Shown one piece after another: positions 19,712-30,256 of a stretch of 64,000 nucleotides of DNA. The notes below the pieces were generated by a model that was not told where the DNA came from, did not search any database, and saw only the letters and a program-made list of their open reading frames with translations. The translations under genes and the position numbers were made by a program. Each line of letters opens with the position of its first letter. Within the stretch, counting starts at the first letter, position 1. Origin of the DNA: Nitrosopumilus sp. (GTDB lineage: Archaea > Thermoproteota > Nitrososphaeria > Nitrososphaerales > Nitrosopumilaceae). Where the stretch lies: contig OZ245003.1 of the NCBI GenBank assembly GCA_965223425.1, positions 2,016,001-2,080,000 of the forward strand, in the 5' to 3' direction.

Positions 19712-21157
19712 GTGCCAATAGAAGATATTCATGAGTTCGCTGCAGCGCTTGAAAAGAATGGGGAGCTGAAGAGAGTCAAAACTGAAGTTGACTCTGATTT
19801 GGAGATTGCAGAAATTTTGAGAAGAGAGATGTATTCTAATGGTTCTGCAATTCTTTTTGAAAATGTAAAAGGTTATGGCATGCCAGTTTTAGGAAACGCG
19901 TTTGGCTCAATGAAGAGATTAGAGATAGGACTGGAAATGACAGACTTTACTGAGATTGGCCAGCGCATTGCAGACATGACAAAGATGATGGATGTTCCAT
20001 CAGGCTTTCTAAGCAAAATAAGAAAGCTTCCAGAACTATCAAAGATGGCAGCATCATTTCCTAAAGCAGAAACAAGTGGTCCTGTAACGGAAATAGCATC
20101 AAGTGATGCATCTTTTGATGACCTGCCAATTTTAAAATCATGGCCAAGTGATGCAGGACGGTTTATCACTCTAGGATTAGTTGCCACAAAACATCCAGAA
20201 ACAAAAGTAAGAAATCTTGGAGTATATAGAATGCAGGTAATTGACAAAACTCATGCATTGATGCACTGGCAAAAACACAAGAGGGGAGCTAATCACGGGG
20301 ACATTTCAAAAGACAGGGGAGAAAAAATTCCAACTGCAGTAATTATTGGAGGAGAGCCTGCAACAATATTTTCATCAATTGCGCCAGTACCAGAGGGATT
20401 AGACAAGTACCTGTTTGCAGGAATTACAAGAAAAGAAGGAATTAAGACTGTAAAATGTAAGACAATTGATTTGGATGTTCCGGCAAACGCAGAGATTGTT
20501 TTAGAAGGATACGTTGATCCTGCAGACATTAGAGACGAGGGACCGTTTGGAGATCATACAGGCTACTATACCCCAGTTGAGCCGTACCCAACATTTACGC
20601 TGACAGGAGTTATGAGACGAAAAGATCCAATTTATGTTACGACAGTCGTAGGAAAACCAATTCTTGAGGATGCATATATTGGAAAAGTGATTGAGCGATC
20701 ATTTTTACCACTTGTTCGAATGTTTCATCCCGAAGTAGTCGATTTTAGCATGCCGGCAGCAGGATGGTTCCAGGGATTTGCCATCGTATCAATCAAGAAG
20801 AGATACCCAGGCCAGGCAAAGAAAGTGATGATGGGGCTATGGGGAATGGGACAGCTCTCGCTAACGAAGATGTTAGTGGTGGTAGATGAGGACATCAACG
20901 TTCACGAAATAAATGATGTCATCTGGGCAATAACTACAAGGGCAGATGCGGCAAGGGACACGACAATCATTAACAACACGCCTACTGACACCCTGGATCC
21001 CGCATCTCCACTTGTTAACTTGGGTTCCAAGTTGGGAATTGATGCGACGCAGAAAACAAAAGAAGAGGGGTATGACAGAGAGATCCAGCAACAAGTGCAA
21101 GTTGACGATAAAACAAAGGGGTTAGTGGATTCTAAATGGTCTGACTATGGGCTATGA
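19712..21157 (+). CDS. ubiD: UbiD-family (menaquinone biosynthesis) decarboxylase
   Basis: RNLGVYRMQ, EGPFGDHTGYY, VDEDI motifs; adjacent to mqnC. Confidence 0.92.
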   Translation: MPIEDIHEFAAALEKNGELKRVKTEVDSDLEIAEILRREMYSNGSAILFENVKGYGMPVLGNAFGSMKRLEIGLEMTDFTEIGQRIADMTKMMDVPSGFLSKIRKLPELSKMAASFPKAETSGPVTEIASSDASFDDLPILKSWPSDAGRFITLGLVATKHPETKVRNLGVYRMQVIDKTHALMHWQKHKRGANHGDISKDRGEKIPTAVIIGGEPATIFSSIAPVPEGLDKYLFAGITRKEGIKTVKCKTIDLDVPANAEIVLEGYVDPADIRDEGPFGDHTGYYTPVEPYPTFTLTGVMRRKDPIYVTTVVGKPILEDAYIGKVIERSFLPLVRMFHPEVVDFSMPAAGWFQGFAIVSIKKRYPGQAKKVMMGLWGMGQLSLTKMLVVVDEDINVHEINDVIWAITTRADAARDTTIINNTPTDTLDPASPLVNLGSKLGIDATQKTKEEGYDREIQQQVQVDDKTKGLVDSKWSDYGL

Positions 21158-22270
21158 TACTCTAACAGGATTGTAGAAGTTGTCTCGCTCTTCTACCTGA
21201 CAGCCAATTTGACGGATGGCATCTATGATTTTTTTATCAGTTAGTTCAGTTGAGCGCGCGCCAGTACACGAAACAACCTCTTCTCCAATGAGGGTTCCGC
21301 CAAAGTCATCAGCGCCATATTGTAAAGCAAGCTGAGCCATGCCAACGCCATTTGTCAACCAAGAAGACTGGATGTGCGGTATCAAGCCATCAAAGACTAG
21401 TCTGGATATTGCAATCATCTTCAAGAGTTGAACGCCGCCAGTCCCGTATTCAACCAAGCCTTCTTCATGCATCAGGGTATTGTTTGGCTCAAAATTCCAC
21501 GGGATAAATGCCATGAAGCCTTTTGTTTTTTCTTGTAGTTTTACAATTTTGAAAAAGTGATCAACAATATCTTGCTTGTTTTCAACATGGCCATACATCA
21601 TGGTTGCAGATGCTGAAAGTCCAAGCAAATGAGCCTCATCCATTATCCTAATCCAGTCATCACTGGATATTTTCTTTGGGCTAATAACATCTTTAACTGA
21701 ATCAACTAAGATTTCAGCGCCGGCACCAGGAATTGACTGCAACCCGGCGTCTTTTAGCCTAGACAAGATTTCTTTTGTTGAGGACTTTTCAACTTTTGCA
21801 ATCATGTCAAGCTCGGACGCAGATAGCCCGTGAACGCCAACTTTTGGGAATTTTTCCCGAATCATCCTAAATGCATCTTCATAGTATTCTATACTCAAGT
21901 TTGGATTATGGCCGCCTTGAATCAAAACTTGACGGATCTTAAACATGTCCCATGAGGCCTTTACTCTAGATTCGATTTGATCAAGAGTCAGCGTGTAAGA
22001 ATCATCAGCGCCAGGTGATCTATAAAACGCACAAAACTTACAATCAGTAATGCAGACATTGGTATAATTCAAGATAATATTATTTACAAAAGATGCTTTT
22101 TTGCCAAATCGTTTTCGTGTCAGGTGTCCAGAAACAAGCCCCATAAGATGAACATCATCAGACTCTAACAGTCTCAAGCAGTCCTCAGGTTCGGGCCTTT
22201 GGCCGTTAAGAGAATTCTCCAAAACGTCTTTGATATCGCTTTTTTGTATCTGTTCAGTAGTTTGGCTCAA
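21152..22270 (-). CDS. mqnC: Cyclic dehypoxanthinyl futalosine synthase (radical SAM, CofH/MqnC family)
   Basis: NYTNVCITDCKFCAF, PGAGAEIL, ATMMYGH, YGADDFGGT. Confidence 0.85.
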   Translation of the reverse strand: MSQTTEQIQKSDIKDVLENSLNGQRPEPEDCLRLLESDDVHLMGLVSGHLTRKRFGKKASFVNNIILNYTNVCITDCKFCAFYRSPGADDSYTLTLDQIESRVKASWDMFKIRQVLIQGGHNPNLSIEYYEDAFRMIREKFPKVGVHGLSASELDMIAKVEKSSTKEILSRLKDAGLQSIPGAGAEILVDSVKDVISPKKISSDDWIRIMDEAHLLGLSASATMMYGHVENKQDIVDHFFKIVKLQEKTKGFMAFIPWNFEPNNTLMHEEGLVEYGTGGVQLLKMIAISRLVFDGLIPHIQSSWLTNGVGMAQLALQYGADDFGGTLIGEEVVSCTGARSTELTDKKIIDAIRQIGCQVEERDNFYNPVRVS

Positions 22271-22339
22271 CTGTTCTTCATCTTTTTTAATTTCTATTTA
22301 ACCCTTGATAGAAAAAATGAGACCCTATTGTAACCACAT

Positions 22340-22369
22340 GTGGCCAGTAGAAAAAGGCATTCAGATAGT
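22340..22369 (+). pseudogene. 5' fragment of RelE-like gene continued at 31578
   Basis: GTG-ASRKRHSD-S joins in frame to STLFKNIQE... when 22370-31577 and one AGT are removed. Confidence 0.5.
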
Positions 22370-22544
22370 AGACTTTATGCATAATTGAATCATAAAAATT
22401 TTTCCGAAAGATTTAGATCCATTTTGATCGCCGCAACAGGTAATGGAATCTTCAGAACAGACTATACGCAGGCTGCAAAGGGAGCTCAAACAAAAGGACA
22501 CAGCAATCAGGCAAAAGGACACAGCAATCAGGCAAAAGGACACA

Positions 22545-23686
22545 TAGTAAGTACATAAAAAACCTGAACCATTTTGACAATTATTTTTGGCCAAAAGATC
22601 CAAGACAGGCCATACCGCACACACTGCATGTACAAACAAAAAAAGAGACAGGTTGCAAGGGGGGCAAAATTTCTGCCAAACACCAGCGTTGCAGACCTCA
22701 AAAGGGCATACAAAAAAGAGACCGATCCCAGAAGGCGCGACAGGCTGCTTGCGTACATGCAGCGCAAGGACGGCGTGCCGCTAGACAGGATTGGAAGGAT
22801 GCTGGGAAGGCCCAAGTCCACCATATCTGCATGGCTCAACCGCGCACAGGACGAGGGAATACGCGCAAGGTTCGAGCGCAGCGGCAGGGGACGAAAGCAC
22901 CTGATAGGCGGGCCGCAGGCAAGACAGCTTGCAGCAGACCTGGATGCGGGGCCAGAATCATGCGGCTTTGAGAGCAGCCTGTGGGATTCCAACCTGGTAA
23001 GGCTGCACATCAAGAGAAAGTTCGGCGTGCAGTACAGCAAGGCAGGCGCGCTGCAGCTGGTCAGGGAGATGGGCTTTTCGTGGAGCAAGGCGCGTCCAAA
23101 AAACCCAAGATCAGCCTCAAAAAGAAAGCAAAAAGAGTTTCAGGAGCGGGCAAAAAAACTCGTTGCAGAAAAGTCGGCGCAGGGATACGCCGTACTGGCC
23201 GGCGATGCATCCTCGATTCAAAAGGCATCAAACAGGCCCGGCTACGGGTGGAGAAGGCGCGGCAAGCGCGCCACATCCCCCTCTGTTTTGTCACGCGAAA
23301 GAAGATACATCTTTGGAGCCTTGGCGGCAAACGCATTTTACTTTATGTTTTATGAAAAGTCAAACAGCGACAGCTTTTGCAACTTTTTGGAACGGGTTCA
23401 CAAAAGATTCGGCAAGGTGCTGCTGTTTGTAGACAATGCGTCATATCACAAATCCAAAAAGGTAAAGGAGTTTCTGGAAAGATACAACGGCGAGATAGTT
23501 CTGGAGTACCTGCTGCCGTACACGCCGGAGCTTAATCCCATTGAGATGCAGTGGAGGGTGATAAAACGGGTACTGTCTGCAAAAGTGTTTGGCACGCTAG
23601 ATGAGATGGAGCAGTCAGTACGCAAGCTGTTTGCCAGAAAGGAGATCCTGCCTGTGAAAATGTTCAATTATTTAATGTGCTAACTA
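22545..23686 (+). mobile_element. IS630-family element nested in ISL2-like copy 1
   Basis: Imperfect TIRs TAGTAAGTACATAAAA / TAGTTAGCACATTAAA; flanked by CA on both sides. Confidence 0.9.
22574..23683 (+). CDS. IS630 transposase
   Basis: HTH region, GDAS, VDNASYH, LLPYTPELNPIEMQW motifs; open frame. Confidence 0.93.
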   Translation: MTIIFGQKIQDRPYRTHCMYKQKKRQVARGAKFLPNTSVADLKRAYKKETDPRRRDRLLAYMQRKDGVPLDRIGRMLGRPKSTISAWLNRAQDEGIRARFERSGRGRKHLIGGPQARQLAADLDAGPESCGFESSLWDSNLVRLHIKRKFGVQYSKAGALQLVREMGFSWSKARPKNPRSASKRKQKEFQERAKKLVAEKSAQGYAVLAGDASSIQKASNRPGYGWRRRGKRATSPSVLSRERRYIFGALAANAFYFMFYEKSNSDSFCNFLERVHKRFGKVLLFVDNASYHKSKKVKEFLERYNGEIVLEYLLPYTPELNPIEMQWRVIKRVLSAKVFGTLDEMEQSVRKLFARKEILPVKMFNYLMC

Positions 23687-25039
23687 CAGCAATCAAGCAG
23701 AACAACAGAGCAATCAAGCAGAACAACAGAGCAATCAAGCAGAACAACAGAGCAATCAAGCAAAAGGACGCAGCAATCAGCAGGCGCGAGAAGACGATTG
23801 GCCTGCTGCACGAGCAGCAGCTGCTGCGCGAGGACAGCCTGTGGGCCGTTACAGATGCAGGCCGCCCTGATACGGACACGTCGCTGCTGCACATCAGGGA
23901 GGTGATCCACGGCATACTGCACAACAGCGCAAAGCTTGCGGGAATTACCTCGTATGACCTTGACCAGTTTGACTACATCTACAATGACTTTGTGGTAGAG
24001 TCAAAGAGGCACAACAAAGACGCGCCGCTCTTTTCAGAGGACGAAACACCGGATCCCGGAAACCGCTGCCTGCTTGACCGCAGGTCCGTCCTGCTGCTTG
24101 CGCTGTTCCGCAAGCGCTCAAACGTGACGCAGGATGCCCTGGGAGTGCTGTTTGATGTGGATCAGTCCACCGTGTGCAGGTACCTCAAGTTCGCAGATTC
24201 CGTGCTGGCAGGGATCCTGCCTACTGCAGACAGGATGACCCGTCTGGTAAAAAAGGCCGAGACATCAGAGCAGCTAGAGCAGCTAATGCCGGACAGAACC
24301 ATCATAATTGACGGCACCGAGGTGGTGCCAAGGCAGCGTCCGCAGGACAAGGATAAAAGAAAAAACACGTACTCTGACAAAAAGAAGCGCTTTACGATTA
24401 ACACCACCATAACAACAAACAGGGCAGGCCTGATACTTGCAGCAGGCAGGTCCTTTGAGGGCGGGACGCACGACCTTACCATGATAAGAGAGGATCCGAC
24501 AGACTGGCAGGTGGTCTAAATCCATGTACAAAAAAGACACTCCGGAAAAGGACAGGATACGGGTGCTTGTAGACAAGGGGTACCGGGGATGCCAATCACT
24601 ACACGGGAATGGCACTTGAGATGCCGGAAAAAAAGAGGCCGCGGACGGAGCTGACGCAGCAGCAAAAGGACTCCAACAAAAGGATCAGCGCCAAGAGGGT
24701 AAAGGTGGAGCACGCCATCGGAAGAATAAAGCAGTGGGCGAGGATGACAGACCCGTACGACGGCACGGTAGAGGGGTTTCGCGAGGAGCTGGCTGTGTGT
24801 ACCGGCCTTGCGAACTTTCAACTGCTGTGGGATGCAAAGAAAAAGCGGCCGTCACTTGGTTATTGACGGCACAGCACAGGGTGCATGAGGCACTGCAAGA
24901 GTGCGCACGGATTTCTAATTTCTGCGAATTTACAATGATCTTTTGCATCAAAATTAAATAATTTCCTGGACTGGCTTTGTGTGTCTTGGTAATGTATGCT
25001 GCAGAAAAAATTTGACGGGTCAATTATGCATAAAGTCTA

Positions 25040-26014
25040 TTGTTTGTGGGTTTAATCGCTGCAATGATTTTGCCATTTAGTAGTATGGATTTTGTACAAG
25101 CTGCAAATTCAAAAGATTCTACATCTGACGATGAATTGTTAGATAGAGAGTTTTCTAATTGGGAAAGTCAATACAAAAATGCAGAAGATTTTGATGCAAA
25201 AACTAAATCAATCAAAGCATATACATCTATGGTCGATCGTGCTAATGGATGGAACAAAGTTATGATAAAAGAGCAAATCGTTCTTAATAACTTTGACACT
25301 AGAATGAATGAAGTGGGTGCATCGATGCAGACAATGTTAGTAGACATTGAACAACAAAAACGAAATGGCACATACCAGCCAACAGATGCCGAAAGGAGAT
25401 ATCATGATTGGGCTGCTACAAAGTATCCAAATCCAATAGCATCAGATGTCAATCCTGAAGTTGTTACAAAAATTGTAGACTCGCACAACAACATAGCTAA
25501 TCATGGAAATGTACCAATTGAGTTACATTTACAAGATGACTCTTTTTGGACTGAAACAAACCATAATGCAGCTTGCAATTACATGAGTTGTGAAGAATCC
25601 CAAAACACAGATGTTGTAAATAAAGCCATTAACTATGTTATACCAGAAGCCTTTGCAGCTAATCCATATCATACAATGAATGGACACATCTATGCATGGG
25701 CTTGTGAGGGAAGTACTGGTGGTTGCGCATGGACTGTTTCAGACTCTGGTTATGGAGCACTAAATGATTCAGTATCAAATACTAGTACGACTCATGGAAT
25801 AGGTAAAAATGCATACATATATGGTTCTGACTGTTCTTCTTCATCAAGTTATACGCATGATGTTGAGGGAGTGTTAGAGATTGGCATTAATTCTTGGAGT
25901 GATTCTGATACATGGACAGGTACCTGTGCAGCATTTAGCTCAACACATCAAGTAGCTAATAGCCCAAGTGCAACTTGGTTGTTCACATACACCGTAGATT
26001 CAAATGCCCAATAG
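25040..26014 (+). CDS. Secreted/surface protein, probably 5'-clipped by the IS
   Basis: Signal peptide LFVGLIAAMILPFSSM starts at the TIR; Ser/Thr/Cys-rich C-terminal domain. Confidence 0.7.
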   Translation: MFVGLIAAMILPFSSMDFVQAANSKDSTSDDELLDREFSNWESQYKNAEDFDAKTKSIKAYTSMVDRANGWNKVMIKEQIVLNNFDTRMNEVGASMQTMLVDIEQQKRNGTYQPTDAERRYHDWAATKYPNPIASDVNPEVVTKIVDSHNNIANHGNVPIELHLQDDSFWTETNHNAACNYMSCEESQNTDVVNKAINYVIPEAFAANPYHTMNGHIYAWACEGSTGGCAWTVSDSGYGALNDSVSNTSTTHGIGKNAYIYGSDCSSSSSYTHDVEGVLEIGINSWSDSDTWTGTCAAFSSTHQVANSPSATWLFTYTVDSNAQ

Positions 26015-26053
26015 GCATTAATCTTTTTTTATTACTAAATTTGGTGAATTGAC

Positions 26054-26647
26054 ATGAACAAATGGTTCTTTATCGTTTTTCCAATAGTGATTGGTTTTTT
26101 ACTAATTGTCCTAAATTTTAATTCGATGTATAATTATGTCACATATGTTGTGCCAATGCAAAATGCAGTTTTTTTAGATAAAGGAATTGGCCATTATGAT
26201 TATTTGTTAAATGGTGGAAATATAACATCAATAGAAAAAGCAGTGTTGCAACCAGACAACTCAATTAATGTTATTTTTGGTCAAAATGACTACAAATGGT
26301 CCACAGGGTATGAGCCAATTCCTAAATTTAATTATGGGATGAATTTACAGAGAAATGACACTTTGATCCTACTTTGTACAAATATTGGCAAAGATGGTTA
26401 TGCAGATCAGCACCCAGATTTGTCAGAGCCGTATTTTCCAGGTCTTGGAATTTTCAAATATTTAGGACCAATAGTAGTTGAAAATAAAACAGTTTTATTA
26501 TTTTGGCATGAATCAGCTTCTCTCCAAGCAGACATGCCATGTAACTATCCTGAAGTAATTCATAATTCCATTAATTTATGGGAGTTGCAAGAACATGGAG
26601 AACCTGATAATAATTTAGAGAAAATGTTTGGTTCAGATTATCAATAA
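26054..26647 (+). CDS. Membrane-anchored hypothetical protein
   Basis: N-terminal TM helix, 197 aa. Confidence 0.75.
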   Translation: MNKWFFIVFPIVIGFLLIVLNFNSMYNYVTYVVPMQNAVFLDKGIGHYDYLLNGGNITSIEKAVLQPDNSINVIFGQNDYKWSTGYEPIPKFNYGMNLQRNDTLILLCTNIGKDGYADQHPDLSEPYFPGLGIFKYLGPIVVENKTVLLFWHESASLQADMPCNYPEVIHNSINLWELQEHGEPDNNLEKMFGSDYQ

Positions 26648-26719
26648 ATTTCAAATCTTATCAAGAAAAAACAAAACAATTATTATTAAAAGTTCTAGAA
26701 AGTTCTGGCGGTTCTGGTA

Positions 26720-27240
26720 ACCATATGTGAATACAGAGAAAAGGAAATCAGACAGCATAAGAGATGAACCTAATTCCAGGATTCGCAGTCTGTCACCTCC
26801 AAAGAAACAGATTAGGGGCAAATTAAGCAACAGCATGTATGTGGGCATTGACCTGCACAAGAAACCTCTTCAAGTAGCAATAATGGACAATGACGGAAAG
26901 GTATTACAAAACAGCAATTGACAACACTCACCAGACAATCAAGAAACATTTTGCAAGCATACCGCCTTATGCCAGCATAGCCATGAATCCTCATCTGTCT
27001 GGTTGATACATGTCGATTTCTGACAGATACGCTTGGATACAAAAACCCTGTCAAACCCATACCTGACAAAGGCAATAGCTGCATCCAAGAAGAAGACAGA
27101 CAAGGTTGATGCCAAGATCCTTACAGCTCTGCTGAGGATGGATCCGTGGAGCGAGCTCCTGCCAGATCACAGTACTGTTGCCAAGTTCATGCAGAAGATT
27201 CCAACTGCATGGCTTTGACATGGATGCAATGCATATGAAC
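26720..27240 (+). pseudogene. Degraded IS110/IS1111 element fused to an IS5-like fragment
   Basis: Left end ACCATATGTGA as at 30250; MYVGIDLHKK, KKTDKVDA fragments; then LPDHSTVAKF. Confidence 0.8.
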
Positions 27241-27370
27241 CACTTGGCGAGCTAGCCAGACATGTATGGAAAAGTGATTTGGGAAAAGCTGTTGTTATTG
27301 GTAGCAGTTTAGCATTACTCGGTTTAGCAATAATGAAAGCTAGAAATTAATCTGAAATCGATCACCATGA

Positions 27371-28360
27371 CTAAGTGTCTGGGCTGAAATATTTCCCTGC
27401 ATTGTATTCTTCTGCACACATTTCAAAAAGACGCAGGTATGACTTTTCATTATATTGCGAGTTTACAGTATTTAGATAATCAGTAATTTCTCTGTTCCTC
27501 TCTATGATGTTATTGAACAAATCCTTATGTGGCAGCATGTCAGATTTTGTGCAGTTGCATTGCTGGCAGGCCAATGTACAGTTGTACGGATCAGTTGAAA
27601 AAACATAGTTGAATGGTATGACATGATCCACATGTGGTCGCTGAAATTTTTGCTCACAATAAAAACATCTAGAGTCTTGCTGTTGATTCATCCAAAGCTG
27701 TATCTCCGCTTTCAAAGAAATCCTACTCTTTAGTTCATTGTCTATCTTGTTTGCAATTTGAGGAGTCATACGATTTAATTTTTCAAGATATTTTGCAAGC
27801 GAGCTGTTTATTCCTTTTTTTAAAAGTATCTTATGCGTATGCAGAAATTCAATAACATCTTCATCTAATGCTATTATTTTTGAATCGGTTTTTTTATAAA
27901 ATCCTTTCATATCTGTAAGCAGATGTACTAAAACCTCTGGCTTGATACTCTTAGTAATTACCTTTGCTCGAAATTGCTCCATTTTATCTGATGATAGTTC
28001 ATCTATGGTGGGTGGTTTTTTTTGAGGATCATGAATGCTTTTTATCAATCTGGTTATGTTTGCATCCTGCGGATCCTGGGACTGTCTGAGACGAAAACTA
28101 TACTCCATATCCCAATAATATTTTGCAAATCGAACAGCAACAAAATTTAGATCCACAAAAACTTTCCCGTCTTTGCGTTCAAGCCATTGATTGCCTACCA
28201 ATTTTTGTGCAGTTCTAGAATCATACAGATCTCCAATATCCAAAATGGCCCGTAAGAATACGGGTTTATACGTGCTGGCCATTCTTCCTTCCTTACTGAA
28301 GAATCGATTGAACATTTGTAGATAGTCTTTGGACATTATAATCAAACATGGATCGTACAA
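27371..28360 (-). CDS. HNH endonuclease with N-terminal TYK-motif domain (putative restriction nuclease)
   Basis: CFYC...HVDHVIP...NCTLACQQCN..K; ASTYKPVFL. Confidence 0.85.
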   Translation of the reverse strand: MYDPCLIIMSKDYLQMFNRFFSKEGRMASTYKPVFLRAILDIGDLYDSRTAQKLVGNQWLERKDGKVFVDLNFVAVRFAKYYWDMEYSFRLRQSQDPQDANITRLIKSIHDPQKKPPTIDELSSDKMEQFRAKVITKSIKPEVLVHLLTDMKGFYKKTDSKIIALDEDVIEFLHTHKILLKKGINSSLAKYLEKLNRMTPQIANKIDNELKSRISLKAEIQLWMNQQQDSRCFYCEQKFQRPHVDHVIPFNYVFSTDPYNCTLACQQCNCTKSDMLPHKDLFNNIIERNREITDYLNTVNSQYNEKSYLRLFEMCAEEYNAGKYFSPDT

Positions 28361-28554
28361 TAATAATATGATCTCATTCGGGATTCAGATTGTTTCATGA
28401 TGCCAGATTAGAATTCTAAAATTATTCGCACCACGTCCCAACAAAAATTCTAAGCAGCAAAAGTTACTTGACAAACACATATTCAAACCCAAAATTTCCA
28501 AGACAAGTTCTCATCTATTGGACAAATCCAAAGGTAACACGATGAAAATTTGGA

Positions 28555-28609
28555 AATAACTTCAGAGAGAATAACTTCAGAGAGAATAACTTCAGAGAGA
28601 ATAACTTCA
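28555..28609. repeat. 15-bp tandem repeat AATAACTTCAGAGAG, 3 copies plus partial
   Basis: Directly visible. Confidence 0.9.
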
Positions 28610-30256
28610 ATAATTCAATAAGACAAAAATAGTTCAATGTCTAACTTTTTTATTTTATAATATGATAGAATCTGATGATTTGAAAATATTTGATAATCAG
28701 GCCCCCTTGATAATAGACTTTATGCATAATTGAATCATAAAAAATTTTTCCGAAAGATTTAGATCCATTTTGATCGCCGCAACAGGTAATGGAATCTTCA
28801 GAACAGACTATACGCAGGCTGCAAAGGGAGCTCAAACAAAAGGACACAGCAATCAAGCAAAAGGACACAGCAATCAAGCAAAAGGACACAGCAATCAAGC
28901 AAAAGGACACAGCAATCAAGCAGAACAACAGAGCAATCAAGCAGAACAACAGAGCAATCAAGCAGAACAACAGAGCAATCAAGCAAAAGGACGCAGCAAT
29001 CAGCAGGCGCGAGAAGACGATTGGCCTGCTGCGCGAGCAGCTGCTGCTGCGCGAGGACAGCCTGTGGGCCGTTACAGATGCAGGCCGCTCTGATACGGAC
29101 ACGTCGCTGCTGCACAGCAGGGAGGTGATCCACGGCATACTGCACAACAGCGCAAAGCTTGCGGGAATTACCTCGTATGACCTTGACCAGTTTGACTACA
29201 TCTGCAACGACTTTGTGGTAGAGTCAAAGAGGCACAACAAAGACGCGCCGCTCTTTTCAGAGGACGAAACACCGGATCCCGGAAACCGCTGCCTGCCTGG
29301 CCGCAGGTCCGTCCTGCTGCTTGCGCTGTTCCGCAGGCGCTCAAACGTGACGCAGGATGCCCTGGGTGTGCTGTTTGATGTTGACCAGTCCACCGTGTGC
29401 AGGTACCTCAAGTTTGCAGATTCCGTGCTGGCAAAGATTCTGCCTACTGCAGACAGGATGGCCCGTCTGGTAAAAAGGGCCGAGACATCAGGGCAGCTAG
29501 AGCAGCTAATGCCGGACAGAACCATCATAATTGACGGCACCGAGGCGGTGCCAAGGCAGCGTCCGCAGGACAAGGATAAAAGAAAAAACACGTACTCTGG
29601 CAAAAAGAAGCGCTTTACGATTAACACCACCATAACAACAAACAGGGCAGGCCTGATACTTGCAGCAGGCAGGTCCTTTGAGGGCGGGACGCACGACCTT
29701 ACCATGATAAGAGAGGATCCGATAGACTGGCAGGTGGTCTAAATCCATGTACAAAAAGGACACGCCCGAAAAGGACAGGATACGGGTACTTGCAGACAAG
29801 GGGTACCAGGGATGCCAATCACTACACGGGAATAGCACTTGAGATGCCGGAAAAAAAGAGGCCGCGGACGGAGCTGACGCAGCAGCAAAAGGACTCGAAC
29901 AAAAGGATCAGCGCCAAGAGGGTAAAGGCGGGGCACGCCATCGGAAGAATAAAGCAGTGGGCGAGGATGACAGACCCGTATGACGGCACGGTAGAGGAGT
30001 TTCACGAGGAGCTGGCTGTGTGTACCGGCCTTGCAAACTTTCAACTGCTGTGGGATGCAAAGAAAAAGCGGCCGTCACTTGGTTATTGACGGCACAGCAC
30101 AGGGTGCATGAGGCACTGCAAGAGTGCGCACGGATTTCTAATTTCTGCGAATTTACAATGATCTTTTGCATCAAAATTAAATAATTTCCTGGACTGGCTT
30201 TGTGTGTCTTGGTAGTGTATGCTGCAGAAAAAATTTGACGGGTCAATTAACCATAT

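Larger units (their letters stand above)
22370..25038 (+). mobile_element. IS5-family ISL2/HARBI1-like element, copy 1 (interrupted by IS630)
   Basis: TIR AGACTTTATGCATAATTGA at both ends; IIDGTE, YS.KKK, HD, DKGY, RVKVEHAIG motifs. Confidence 0.9.
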
